From IMG/VR virus record IMGVR_UViG_3300025718_000005, positions 1,976-65,975 of that record: DNA of 64,000 bases; one strand, 5' to 3'. Source of the DNA: a virus. Lineage: Duplodnaviria > Caudoviricetes. The number at the start of each line of letters is the position of its first letter. Position 1 is the first letter of the stretch. Positions 1 through 9,280 of this stretch are shown piece by piece. The notes under the pieces are model-generated. The model was not told the DNA's origin, searched no databases, and saw only the letters and a program-made list of their open reading frames with translations. The position numbers were made by a program, and so were the translations under genes.

Positions 1-62
1 ATTTGGAAAGGGCAATTTGTATGGTGCTTTTTTATTAAATCTGTCGCCATTTTTTTACGCAT
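1..62 (-). CDS. ImmA/IrrE-family metallopeptidase (anti-repressor protease), 5' fragment; runs off the left edge
   Basis: RBS AGGAGG (74-79) then ATG at 62; reads MRKKMATDLIKKHHTNCPFQI, like the ImmA-type N-terminus (LIKKYxTxxPF); directly downstream of an XRE repressor. Confidence 0.6.
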   Translation of the reverse strand, partial: MRKKMATDLIKKHHTNCPFQ

Positions 63-133
63 TTTTATACAACCCTCCTTCAGGGTTACTTTTTAAGGCT
101 TCTGATGATTTTATCGGGGGCCTCCTACCCCGA

Positions 134-835
134 CTACTCTTTGCGGTACTTTTTAGGTGTGAATTTCTTCTTAGCCATTTGTTTGGCTATTTGCATAGAT
201 GTTAATAGGCTGATGCGTAATAATTCCCTGTCCTCCTCATCCATACCATCCATAGGTTCACCATCATAAAAAGACATGCCATTATCGTTTTCTAAATTAG
301 CTAGTATTTTTTCTAAATCGCGGGCAATATCACGTTCTTCTTTGGGAGAGAGGGTGGTATATTTTTGATTCTTGACAGGGACATATTTAATTATGTTTGT
401 ATCAGGGGTTTCGGGTATTTCATTGGGGTAGTATCCGCCCGCCTTTAAAATCTCATCGCGTGTAATAACTGAGTAAGGGTTATTAGCTGCAATTCGTTCA
501 AGTGTATCTAATGACGGACGCTCTACAGCTGTGCTAGTACAAAGGCTGGCTAACTCCTGTAAATCTGCGTCTGTTTCAAGAGAGAACACTTCGAATGTTC
601 TACCATCTCTAACAAGGTTAATAAGAGCATTGAACAGCGCGCGTTCAAAACCATATAGTAAGTGATCTGTAGATACTTTGAAGTATTCAGCTACTTTTTG
701 GAGTTTATCGGTAGCGGGTGAGCTTTCGTTCCATCTACGAATAGATCCATTTGCAAGTGCTAATTCTTTTTCTAAATGAGAAATCGGTAAACCCTTGTTT
801 TTACAAAGGCGCTGGATGTTTTCGCAAATACCCAC
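134..835 (-). CDS. XRE-family HTH phage repressor (ImmR/CI-like)
   Basis: N-terminal HTH (ISHLEKELALANGSIRRW...KVAEYFKVSTDHLL); probable GTG start at 835 after AGGAG; divergent from early lytic genes; no S24 peptidase domain seen. Confidence 0.9.
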   Translation of the reverse strand: MGICENIQRLCKNKGLPISHLEKELALANGSIRRWNESSPATDKLQKVAEYFKVSTDHLLYGFERALFNALINLVRDGRTFEVFSLETDADLQELASLCTSTAVERPSLDTLERIAANNPYSVITRDEILKAGGYYPNEIPETPDTNIIKYVPVKNQKYTTLSPKEERDIARDLEKILANLENDNGMSFYDGEPMDGMDEEDRELLRISLLTSMQIAKQMAKKKFTPKKYRKE

Positions 836-889
836 GTTTTTCACTCCTCTTAAACCAGTATAATTTCGGATGTATGCTAAAAATAAATG

Positions 890-918
890 TTGACTTTTAG
901 CATACACGCTAATATAAT
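890..918 (+). promoter_or_regulatory. Rightward sigma-A promoter with operator in its spacer
   Basis: TTGACT(890-895)-17 nt-TATAAT(913-918); spacer holds the palindromic TTAGCATACACGCTAA (897-912). Confidence 0.85.
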
Positions 919-1031
919 AGCATTAAAGCTCAAACATTAGCATACAGGCAACAAAAAACCAAGGGTTTACAAAACCCGTTTAAAAAAATCGTTGGGGAAC
1001 GATGTGTTTTCTGTTGTATTACTTATACTCT

Positions 1032-1060
1032 ATTTTAGAGTATATGCTAATGAATGTCAA
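1032..1060 (-). promoter_or_regulatory. Leftward sigma-A promoter (repressor promoter) with operator in its spacer
   Basis: Minus strand TTGACA(1060-1055)-17 nt-TAAAAT(1037-1032); operator TTAGCATATACTCTAA (1050-1035). Related TTAGCATACA half-sites at 871-880 (-) and 937-946 (+). Confidence 0.8.
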
Positions 1061-1111
1061 TATTTAAGCTAACTATTTTACTGGATATTTACAGAAAGGA
1101 GGAAAAATATT

Positions 1112-1795
1112 ATGAGCAAACTAATACTTTTACCAAATGACCATCAAGGTATGGGAATTTATTCTAGTAAAGATATTATTTGTACCAGTCGGGCGATAGC
1201 TGAAATATTTGGGAAAAGACATGACAATGTTTTAAGGGATGTTGAAACGTTGGAATCTGATCTCCTCAAAATTGAGGAGATTGTCGACAGCTATTTTATC
1301 AAATCTACCTATAAGGATGATAAAAATAGAAAATATCCTGAGTATCTTTTAACCCGCGACGGATTCACTTTACTAGCAATGGGATTTACAGGCAAGAAAG
1401 CTCTGCAATTCAAAATAGCCTACATAAACCGATTTAATGAAATGGAACACGCATTAAAAGATCGCCAACTAGCTAGAATGGAGTGCCGCCAATTAACGGA
1501 CGCAATCAAGCAATCTCATGATCCTGCGAAACCCTACCACTTTAGCAATGAAATGAATATGTTGTTAACCATTGTTGCTGGTAAAAATGCAAAACAGTTA
1601 AAGCAGGAAAGAAATTTACCAGATGCTGCGGCCGTTAGAGATTACCTAAACCCTTCCGAGATAAAACTACTTGCCTCACTTCAACCAGTGGCCGCGTTCC
1701 TAAACGCTAGCAATGTCGATTATGCCGAACGCAAAAAGATGCTTGCAGATTACGCTGATAAATTAAAGATTCCAGTATTAAGTCAGTCAGCATAA
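1112..1795 (+). CDS. Rha-family phage regulatory protein / antirepressor
   Basis: TSRAIAEIFGKRHDNVLRD...YLLTRDGFTLLAMGFTGKKALQFKIAYINRFNEME is the Rha signature. Confidence 0.9.
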   Translation: MSKLILLPNDHQGMGIYSSKDIICTSRAIAEIFGKRHDNVLRDVETLESDLLKIEEIVDSYFIKSTYKDDKNRKYPEYLLTRDGFTLLAMGFTGKKALQFKIAYINRFNEMEHALKDRQLARMECRQLTDAIKQSHDPAKPYHFSNEMNMLLTIVAGKNAKQLKQERNLPDAAAVRDYLNPSEIKLLASLQPVAAFLNASNVDYAERKKMLADYADKLKIPVLSQSA

Positions 1796-1819
1796 AACAA
1801 GAAAGGAGAATTATAAAGA

Positions 1820-2014
1820 ATGAACTATACAGAATTTGGTCATCAAGCGCGAAGAATAATGCTTGAGAGAAAGATTACTATGACTGCTCTTGCCAAAGAA
1901 ATTGGAGTGTGTACGCCATATGTTTCTGAAATATTTAAGGGAACAAGACCAGGAAAACTTCAAAAAGTAAAAATAGCAGAAATACTGGGCATGAAAAAAG
2001 ATTGTATTAATTGA
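1820..2014 (+). CDS. Cro-like small HTH regulator
   Basis: 64 aa, HTH pattern ITMTALAKEIGVCTPYVSEIFKG; early operon position. Confidence 0.8.
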   Translation: MNYTEFGHQARRIMLERKITMTALAKEIGVCTPYVSEIFKGTRPGKLQKVKIAEILGMKKDCIN

Positions 2015-2028
2015 CAGGAGGTTAAATT

Positions 2029-2322
2029 ATGAATTGCAAATGTGGCGCGAAAATCCCGGCCAAAGCAAAATTCTGCCCTGAGTGCGGATGTTCTGCACCG
2101 ATCCCTGATATTAAAGTGGAAATACAACCAATTAAACAGGTAGCTCATATCCTCACGGTGCAAGAAGCTTCAGAGTTCTTAAAAATATCCAGTAGTAAGT
2201 TGTATGAGCTAATTAACGAAAATGATATACCGTGGTTTCCCGTCGGATCACATAAAAGGTTTTTGACTCAGGAGCTACTGGATTGGGCTAGGAGTCGAAC
2301 GAGCGGTAATCAGATAGCGTAA
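2029..2322 (+). CDS. Zinc-ribbon + HTH_17 (excisionase-like) protein
   Basis: CKCG...CPECG N-terminus; ILTVQEASEFLKISSSKLYELI...IPWFPVGSHKRF is the Xis-like HTH_17 pattern. Confidence 0.8.
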   Translation: MNCKCGAKIPAKAKFCPECGCSAPIPDIKVEIQPIKQVAHILTVQEASEFLKISSSKLYELINENDIPWFPVGSHKRFLTQELLDWARSRTSGNQIA

Positions 2323-2416
2323 CCTACTAAGTCAAGCGGCCCATAGCGGTGTACCCGCGCTCGGAGTACATCAACAGAGGGTGGGTAGGGCTAAAAATAA
2401 AAGAGGAAGTGTGATC

Positions 2417-2755
2417 ATGCCAAATAAAATAAAGTTAACCAATTTATTAAGAGAAATAGGTGTTCCGGCGCATATATTAGGTTATAAATACCTGCAAGAC
2501 GCAATTGAGCTAGTAATTGAAACTCCAACCATCATTCATGCAGCCACAACTGAGCTTTACCCAGCCGTGGCGCGGATAAATGATTCCACTGTAAGTAAGG
2601 TGGAACGCGCAATAAGGCACGCCATAGAAGTAGCATGGGGCTGTGGGAGCCAAGAACTCATGCTCAGGATCTTTAGAACAGTACCCATATGTAAGCCCTG
2701 TAACTCTCACTTTATTGCTACTCTAGCCGACACACTGGCTAAAGATATGTATTAA
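2417..2755 (+). CDS. Stand-alone Spo0A C-terminal DNA-binding domain (no receiver domain)
   Basis: IGVPAHILGYKYLQDAI...TTELYPAVA...SKVERAIRHAIEVAW...KPCNSHFIATLAD closely matches the Spo0A effector domain. Confidence 0.93.
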   Translation: MPNKIKLTNLLREIGVPAHILGYKYLQDAIELVIETPTIIHAATTELYPAVARINDSTVSKVERAIRHAIEVAWGCGSQELMLRIFRTVPICKPCNSHFIATLADTLAKDMY

Positions 2756-2771
2756 TTGAAAGGAGAAATAA

Positions 2772-2969
2772 ATGTTTATTGAAATTGAAGGATTCATTAT
2801 CAAAGCTGATTCGATCATTTCCGTAACCAATGATGTTAACTCCATAACTATCCAAGCGGACAAGCCCTACCAAATTAGCTTTCTGACAGCAGAAGAATCA
2901 GCTAGATACATGCATGATCTTAAAATTACGCTTGATAATCGTTTTGGTGTAATCAAATTAAGTGTGTAA
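2772..2969 (+). CDS. Hypothetical phage protein
   Basis: Good RBS (AAGGAG), 65 aa, co-oriented in the operon. Confidence 0.6.
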   Translation: MFIEIEGFIIKADSIISVTNDVNSITIQADKPYQISFLTAEESARYMHDLKITLDNRFGVIKLSV

Positions 2970-2987
2970 AGGAGGTGAAAGAATGAA

Positions 2988-4379
2988 ATGATTACCGAAA
3001 TTAATATCCAGGGATTTCAGTCCCACGTAAATACAACTATCAAACTGTGCGATGGTCTAAATGTAATCACCGGTGCGACAGACTCAGGTAAGACGGCGAT
3101 TCTAAGAGCAATACGGTGGGTGGCCCTCGGTGAACCTGCAGGTGATGCCTTTGTCAATAAAGCTGTAGGAGAGGCCCTGGTAACAATAATCACGGATACT
3201 GGTTACATTGTTACGAAAACCCGTAAAGGGAACAAAACATCTTATGGTATAACCGCACCAGATAACTCTACAGCGTTTTACGAAAAAGCCGAGATTCCCG
3301 AGGAAGTCAAAGAAATTCTAGGGATCACAGAAAGTACCTTCGGGGATTTTACAGCTACACTGAATTTTGCATACCAGTTGGACGCCCCATTTCTACTCAG
3401 TGAACCGCCATCTGCCGGGGCCAAAGTTCTGGGTAAACTCGCAGGGACCGAGATAGTGGACATGGGCATCAAAACATCAGCTCAAGAAAAGTACCGTCTT
3501 ACACATGAACGCGCAGCGGCTAAAAAAGAATCCACAGCTCTTGAGGTTCAGCTTAAGGAGTACCAGGGCCTCGAATTTGTAAAAGAGAACCTAGACGTGT
3601 GTGACATACTCATCAGCAGGGTTGATAAAAAGTTAGACAAGCATAAATCATTAACTGCGTGGAAAGAAGCTCACGAACAGCTACAAACAAAACTAAAAGC
3701 TGTAGAATCCACGCTAGAAAAATTTCTAATCCTGCCTGAACTCGAAGAAGACATTAGGCACATAGAAAAAGCCCAGCAACGCTACGACACGTTACTGAGC
3801 CTATATAGTCGGCACAGCACTCTCTCCAAAGTCCTGTTTGACCTAACTATCTCTTTACAAAAGTATAAAAGTTTATCGGAAGCATCTACAGCTATTACTG
3901 AATTAGATAAAGCTGAAGCGCGTCACGTGAAACTTAAAAATCTCCTCACATTATACAATGCGGCTCAAAATAAATCAAATGAGTGCGATGACGTGTTACA
4001 GCAGACGGCAGGAGTAGGTAAAGCTGCCGAGCTACTAAATGGGGTAACAATTAAAAACGCTAGACTAAGCGCTCTTTCCCTAATACTTAATAACCACAAT
4101 AAAGCGCATAGCGCCCTAAAAATCGCGGATAAGGTTATAAGTAGTCTACTTAGCACTGATATAGCAGGGCAGAGGCTAACCGCCTTAGATAGGCAATACG
4201 CCCGTCATAGTGTGCTGTCAAAGTTACAGGCACAAGCAAGTGCAGCTAGTAGCAGTCATAAGCAGTGCACATCTAACTTAAGTAAAGCTGTGACTGGTCT
4301 AGGATTCGCTGATATGGAGCTCAAGGAATTTTGGGATACTCTTGCAGTATGCCCATTATGTGAAAGGAACATACATTAA
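2988..4379 (+). CDS. SbcC/Rad50-like ATPase, N-terminal half (Walker A, coiled coil, zinc hook)
   Basis: GFQSH, GATDSGKTAILRAI (Walker A), FAYQLD (Q-loop), long coiled coil, ends at CPLC. Confidence 0.88.
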   Translation: MITEINIQGFQSHVNTTIKLCDGLNVITGATDSGKTAILRAIRWVALGEPAGDAFVNKAVGEALVTIITDTGYIVTKTRKGNKTSYGITAPDNSTAFYEKAEIPEEVKEILGITESTFGDFTATLNFAYQLDAPFLLSEPPSAGAKVLGKLAGTEIVDMGIKTSAQEKYRLTHERAAAKKESTALEVQLKEYQGLEFVKENLDVCDILISRVDKKLDKHKSLTAWKEAHEQLQTKLKAVESTLEKFLILPELEEDIRHIEKAQQRYDTLLSLYSRHSTLSKVLFDLTISLQKYKSLSEASTAITELDKAEARHVKLKNLLTLYNAAQNKSNECDDVLQQTAGVGKAAELLNGVTIKNARLSALSLILNNHNKAHSALKIADKVISSLLSTDIAGQRLTALDRQYARHSVLSKLQAQASAASSSHKQCTSNLSKAVTGLGFADMELKEFWDTLAVCPLCERNIH

Positions 4380-4401
4380 AAAGTAAGGAGGCGTAACCAG
4401 T

Positions 4402-4713
4402 ATAAAAAACGCATACGAAACACGTGATTCTGTCACTGTTATTTTTTTACGCCAAAAACGGTCAAATCAGTTAAAAATAGCCGAAATAGACACAGAAGAT
4501 CTACCAAAAGTACTGAAATTCAAAGGTTCGTTTTGGGCTAGAACATACAAAGATCGCACATGGGTACAGTGCGAAAAGCCTGAAAGATTTTGCCTTCACC
4601 GCATCATAGCGGAGGCTAAAGAGGATGAACATGTAGTGTTTCTGGACGGCAATGGCCTTAATTGTAAAAAACAAAATTTAAGAGGGGGAAAGTTAGTTGG
4701 ACAACAAAGATAA
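4402..4713 (+). pseudogene. Degenerate HNH-endonuclease-like ORF (non-canonical start), absent from the ORF track
   Basis: RBS AGGAGG 4386-4391, open frame from ATA 4402 to TAA 4713: ...LHRIIAEAKEDEHVVFLDGNGLNCKKQNLR resembles HNH_3 but lacks the VDH histidine. Confidence 0.65.
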
Positions 4714-4930
4714 AATCGAATTACTGAAAGCTAATTTGAAGAAAGCAGAGCAAGCCAAAACGGTAGCCGAGACTCAGAAGGCGGCAGCTACTGATCAGAT
4801 CGCAGATATCGAAATTGATATGGCATCAAACGGTGTAACCCCAGCGACCATAACAGCCGAGATTGAGAGGCTGGAAAAAGAGATCGTTGAGGCAATCGCA
4901 AGCGTCGAATCGCTTCTTCCTCATGATTAA
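4697..4930 (+). CDS. Short coiled-coil protein, probably the middle piece of the split SbcC
   Basis: 77 aa with heptad pattern; lies between the SbcC N- and C-halves. Confidence 0.6.
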   Translation: MDNKDKIELLKANLKKAEQAKTVAETQKAAATDQIADIEIDMASNGVTPATITAEIERLEKEIVEAIASVESLLPHD

Positions 4931-5567
4931 CTCCTACAGCGTTAACAAAGCCAAGCTAGACCTTCAAACAGCGCACAAACGATACGCTGTAAAGCTAGGT
5001 AAGAAAGAACTGCTTGATACTCAGTTTGCGGAGGCCTTAGAAAAAGCGTCTAACGCACTTCTGCAACTGGACGTGATTGAAAAAGTATCTATGCTCCTGC
5101 AAAAGACGAGTGAGTTCGCAAGGCAGCAGGCGAAATCCAAGATCGAGGAAATCGTAACATCGGCTCTCAGTGTGGTTTACGGTACAGACTACAAATTTTA
5201 TCTTGAGCTCACCGTGCGGAGCAGTCGCCCAGAGCTTGACTTCTACCTACAGTCAGGGACAACCGTAACCCAGCTTAAACCGCCTGATTACGACCGGGGC
5301 GGGGGCATAGTTGATGTGATAACCCTTGCCCTAAGACTCGCCATATCAGAGCTGGAAGGTATTAAAGGTCCACTCCTGCTTGATGAGGTTGGGAAGCATG
5401 TCTCAGCGGAATACGCCGCCAATGTTGCATACTTTCTCCGGCAGTACAGTGAGAAGTTCAAAAGGCAAATAATCCTCATTACACATCAAGATAATCTTGC
5501 CGCGGCAGGGCAGCTCAGTTTCTCGGTGAGTCAGAAAAATAATAAAAGTGAGGTAATTTCGATATGA
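4923..5567 (+). CDS. SbcC/Rad50-like ATPase, C-terminal half
   Basis: GGGIVDV (ABC signature-like), LLLDEVGKHV (Walker B/D-loop), ILITHQ (H-loop). Confidence 0.88.
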   Translation: MINSYSVNKAKLDLQTAHKRYAVKLGKKELLDTQFAEALEKASNALLQLDVIEKVSMLLQKTSEFARQQAKSKIEEIVTSALSVVYGTDYKFYLELTVRSSRPELDFYLQSGTTVTQLKPPDYDRGGGIVDVITLALRLAISELEGIKGPLLLDEVGKHVSAEYAANVAYFLRQYSEKFKRQIILITHQDNLAAAGQLSFSVSQKNNKSEVISI

Positions 5568-5773
5568 CCAAGAAAAGTAAAGTTCTAGTAGTTACTCCAA
5601 TGGTTTGTCATAAATGCGGACGTGGTTACAATAACTCGATTTTTGATAAAAAAGGCGCTAAGGTCGGTAATTCCGGTAGTTCCACGCTCCACAAAGATGG
5701 TAATCGATACGTATGTACTGACTGCAATCCTAAACGCCTAGCCCCACGCCGGGAGCGCCGAGGCAACGTATGA
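5564..5773 (+). CDS. Small zinc-ribbon protein
   Basis: CHKC...CTDC; overlapping stop/start coupling. Confidence 0.6.
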   Translation: MTKKSKVLVVTPMVCHKCGRGYNNSIFDKKGAKVGNSGSSTLHKDGNRYVCTDCNPKRLAPRRERRGNV

Positions 5774-6279
5774 GGTACTTTGAGGTAACCCCTGAAGCCA
5801 AAGCTTACCCAGTGATGCACGCTTGCTTTACGGATGGACAAGCATGGAACTCAGAAGAAGTAACAAAAGACTTTACTGAGAAGCTAGGTTTTGATCCTAA
5901 GATCGCTAACATGGCAATCGATGTACATAACTTGTATGTCAGAAAGCTCCCGGCTGGGCTTGAAAAGCAGTTTAGTAAAAGTAGTGACCACTTTGACGGG
6001 TACTACAAAGCACATAGTAATTCAGCGCTCAATAAAGCGTACCTAGTTATTATCGACAAGCACAATCTTAAAAGCACGTCTACCTTTGACGTGGTTGTGG
6101 CTCTTGGCCATACGAACCGCGGAAAAGTTGAATATTACAGCATGGACGACAAGTACTATATAGCTGGTGATCGTAAGTTCCATGATAAAGACGAACCACC
6201 AGAAGGAATTATCGAAATGACCGCCCCAACTTGGCACCGACTACGAGCTGATTTTCTAGAAAGGCAGGATGATAAATAA
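5770..6279 (+). CDS. Hypothetical phage protein
   Basis: 169 aa, translationally coupled. Confidence 0.6.
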   Translation: MRYFEVTPEAKAYPVMHACFTDGQAWNSEEVTKDFTEKLGFDPKIANMAIDVHNLYVRKLPAGLEKQFSKSSDHFDGYYKAHSNSALNKAYLVIIDKHNLKSTSTFDVVVALGHTNRGKVEYYSMDDKYYIAGDRKFHDKDEPPEGIIEMTAPTWHRLRADFLERQDDK

Positions 6280-6521
6280 TGGCTGAAGAATTACGTTGCC
6301 CGGACTGCGGGTCGCCGCCTCACTTAAAGCACTTAAGGAACTGCAAGTCACACGGTAACCCTGATTATGTTCTTGGTTTTAAGGCATCCAGGGCGCAGAT
6401 TGACCTTATGGCAGACCTTATTAAACAGTTGGGGCATGATGAGGACAACTACAACCTTGATACATTAAACTCGGTGCAGGCCAGTACTTTGATTCAAGAT
6501 CTGTTAGAAGAAAGGGGTTAA
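6279..6521 (+). CDS. Hypothetical protein (CPDC motif)
   Basis: 80 aa, coupled start. Confidence 0.55.
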   Translation: MAEELRCPDCGSPPHLKHLRNCKSHGNPDYVLGFKASRAQIDLMADLIKQLGHDEDNYNLDTLNSVQASTLIQDLLEERG

Positions 6522-6617
6522 CTATGTTACCCGCGCCGTTAATTATACTGATATTAGTCTGGCTAGTGGCGTTTCGGTTTGCTGTTAAAAAAGTATAAAA
6601 GAAAGGAGTTGATACAA

Positions 6618-6863
6618 ATGAGTGAAAAAGTAGGGATCATTACTAGTCCCGTATTCGATACCACAGTATTCAGGGTAGGAAAAGCTGTAGAGATTAGTGG
6701 CCCAGGCATTAACAAGCACGCTTTGATTACACAGGTAAATCCTATAACTATCAGCATTGTGTATAGGTTGTCTGGTGGGGATGACGAGGAAATTAATATT
6801 CCAGTAGCTGACGTTATTAACTCAAAGTATTACATTTACCCGCTAGAGAGGGTGAAAGCATGA
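6618..6863 (+). CDS. Hypothetical phage protein
   Basis: RBS AAGGAG before ATG 6618. Confidence 0.55.
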   Translation: MSEKVGIITSPVFDTTVFRVGKAVEISGPGINKHALITQVNPITISIVYRLSGGDDEEINIPVADVINSKYYIYPLERVKA

Positions 6864-7819
6864 AATTTCTTATGATCGGCGACATCCACATCCGCGGCAC
6901 GTCACCTAGGAACCGCACTGATAACTACGTTGAAGCTTGCAAAGCAAAGCTTCGTGAGTGCTGGGAAATCGCGAAAGAACACAACGTAACCGCGATCCTC
7001 CAACCGGGAGACGTGTTCCACAGCCCTGAGGTATCTATCGGAACACTGCTGGAGTTTGTCACTATATTTCAAGAGTGCCCAGTACCTATCTATTGTACAG
7101 TCGGTAACCATGATGTTTTCAGCTATAACCTTGAAACGTATGGTAGGACAAGTTTACAGCTCTTGCAGATGCTCCTTAATGGGAAGCTTAATGTCTTCGC
7201 GGTAAATGTCCGGGATACTATTTTTGGAGATGTTTGGTTAGCGGCACAACCTTATACAAGTCAGGTTGATGTCAATGGTTGGGGTTACTCCACGCAGGTG
7301 GGCTTTGTAGGGAATTGTAAGGCTAACATACAAATGACTCACGGCATGCTCCTGGACCACAACCTGCCCTACGAAGCAAAATTTACGAATCTCTATGAAG
7401 TAGAAACGAATGCCAATATCATCCTCACGGGCCATGATCACACGGGATACGGAGCAATTAAAAGATCTGACGGTAAACTCTTCGTGAATCCCGGGGCGCT
7501 CATGAGGCTCAGCGCATCAACAACAGAGCTGGAAAGACCAATTCAAGTAGCTATCATTGACACCGATACGCTTACAGCTACTTTAATCCCGCTGAAATGC
7601 GCTAAGCCTGGCCCCGAAGTATTAGATCGTACCAAGATCGAAGAAAACAATGCTCGGCAGTACGCAATGGAAGAGTTTTCAGCACTGATACAAACTGGTG
7701 ATGGTCAAAAAGTACTGCTAAATATCCCGGATATCATTGAGAGAATCGGTAAGCAGGAGAAGTTACCGGCTAACGTGATCAAAAAAGCGATTGAATTATT
7801 GGGAGGCGATTTAAGTTGA
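6860..7819 (+). CDS. SbcD/Mre11-like metallophosphoesterase nuclease
   Basis: GDIH, GDVFH, GNHD, THGM, GHDH, NPGALMR motifs; near the SbcC halves. Confidence 0.9.
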   Translation: MKFLMIGDIHIRGTSPRNRTDNYVEACKAKLRECWEIAKEHNVTAILQPGDVFHSPEVSIGTLLEFVTIFQECPVPIYCTVGNHDVFSYNLETYGRTSLQLLQMLLNGKLNVFAVNVRDTIFGDVWLAAQPYTSQVDVNGWGYSTQVGFVGNCKANIQMTHGMLLDHNLPYEAKFTNLYEVETNANIILTGHDHTGYGAIKRSDGKLFVNPGALMRLSASTTELERPIQVAIIDTDTLTATLIPLKCAKPGPEVLDRTKIEENNARQYAMEEFSALIQTGDGQKVLLNIPDIIERIGKQEKLPANVIKKAIELLGGDLS

Positions 7820-8094
7820 TATTCAAATTATGGTTATGGGTTTTTGAGTTTAAGTTACGGCGTAAGAAAAACGACGAACGTATCAAGTTTTTAGTTCATA
7901 GTTTACTGTCCGAGGTGGAGGGGCAAGGATACCGCTTGCAGAGTACTCCGGACGTTCAGAGTTGCTCTATAGGCATACATAAGAGTGCCTACGGTATAGC
8001 CAACTACTGCTACGTTGGTAATGTTAGCTCTAAATGGGAAGTTCTTTGTGGGTCCTACGATATAAAAGGAGGTTATACAAATGAAAACGATTGA
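7816..8094 (+). CDS. Hypothetical phage protein
   Basis: TTG start coupled to the previous stop. Confidence 0.45.
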   Translation: MIFKLWLWVFEFKLRRKKNDERIKFLVHSLLSEVEGQGYRLQSTPDVQSCSIGIHKSAYGIANYCYVGNVSSKWEVLCGSYDIKGGYTNEND

Positions 8095-8758
8095 TGAACA
8101 GTTACAAGTATTAACCCAGTCTTACGGAAAAGAAATTATAATGAACGCCTGCCGTAAACTGCTTACAAACAGCGGGGAAAGGCAAGAGATCGAGTTTAAT
8201 GTAAATGCTGTAGCTTTAAGTACTGCATTTGAGCAGTTTAATACTGGGGCGTTGGGTTTAGTAGACGTAGCGCAGTTATTTGTAGAAGGTGTCCATCAGC
8301 TCGGGGCCGTAGTCAGAGAATCAAATAAACTCCCTGCCATCCCCACGCAGTACGCAATGCTGTTAAGTCCAGGCATGATCATGGAAACGATAGATCAGTT
8401 AGAGGGTAGCATCACGGATAACATGAACCGCGCTGATGTTTACGGGGAAAAGGGCCCGCTCCTTCGAAAAAAGTCACTCCTAGAAAACGCGATTAAACTC
8501 ACGGAAGCTACAGCAATAATGACGCCTGAGTTTGCACCGCTGAAGAATGATACTTTAAGAGACGCGTTCCGCAGAGAAGCGTCAAAGGTAGAACGCACAC
8601 AGCTTGCCGAAGTCGATGGCCAAATCTTCGAAATTGATGTAGCCGTAGCAAAAGAGCGCGACGCCCGGCAGTCTCTCATAGTCGCCACGGAGTCCGCACA
8701 CCGTAAGGCAGCCCTCCAAACTTCTATGCTCAACTTCTTGGCCGGGGGCCGAGTATAG
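8081..8758 (+). CDS. Hypothetical helical protein (possible recombination mediator)
   Basis: Good RBS; coiled-coil C-half; function suggested by context only. Confidence 0.5.
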   Translation: MKTIDEQLQVLTQSYGKEIIMNACRKLLTNSGERQEIEFNVNAVALSTAFEQFNTGALGLVDVAQLFVEGVHQLGAVVRESNKLPAIPTQYAMLLSPGMIMETIDQLEGSITDNMNRADVYGEKGPLLRKKSLLENAIKLTEATAIMTPEFAPLKNDTLRDAFRREASKVERTQLAEVDGQIFEIDVAVAKERDARQSLIVATESAHRKAALQTSMLNFLAGGRV

Positions 8759-8976
8759 TGTGTAGTTGCATAACCGAGATGACAGCGAAGCTAAAAGAAA
8801 AATTCCCCGAAGCTGTAAATATTACTATGCCAGTAGAATTATTATCTGGACAAATATATATCGAAATCGAAAAACAGGTTATTCATAAGGGGAAAACCAA
8901 AAAAGAACCCATCTTCATGACCTTATCAAAGTGCCCATTCTGCGGGAAAGCGTATAGGAGTGAGGCGGATGGATGA
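8758..8976 (+). CDS. Small Cys-rich protein
   Basis: CSC...CPFCG; coupled start. Confidence 0.55.
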   Translation: MCSCITEMTAKLKEKFPEAVNITMPVELLSGQIYIEIEKQVIHKGKTKKEPIFMTLSKCPFCGKAYRSEADG

Positions 8977-9154
8977 CTTCATGGTGGCAATCAAACCAGG
9001 TAACGCCCTACCTATCCCAGGCGCCCTAATACTTGTTTCTAGCGCACTTGGTGAAAGTACTGCGTTTAGTGTAAAGGTAAAAAAGATAACGAATTTACGG
9101 TGGAACAAGGCCGGGGCCATCGTAGTAGAGTTCCTAGGGGTGAAAATGAAATGA
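8960..9154 (+). CDS. Hypothetical protein
   Basis: Co-oriented small ORF in a densely packed operon. Confidence 0.45.
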   Translation: MRRMDDFMVAIKPGNALPIPGALILVSSALGESTAFSVKVKKITNLRWNKAGAIVVEFLGVKMK

Positions 9155-9280
9155 GCAATAAACGTTCCCCTGAAGCCTTAAAAAGAAGGCAAGAAAAGAA
9201 ACTAGCTAAACTTGCAACGAAGATCGCCAGTGGTGCATTGCCGGTAGAAAAACCGCAAAAAAAAGTAAGGAGCGATAAAA

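Noticed and set aside
4380-4696. Group I intron splitting sbcC
   Set aside because: Too short for a ribozyme core plus ORF, no P/Q/R/S elements recognised, and downstream pieces have their own starts
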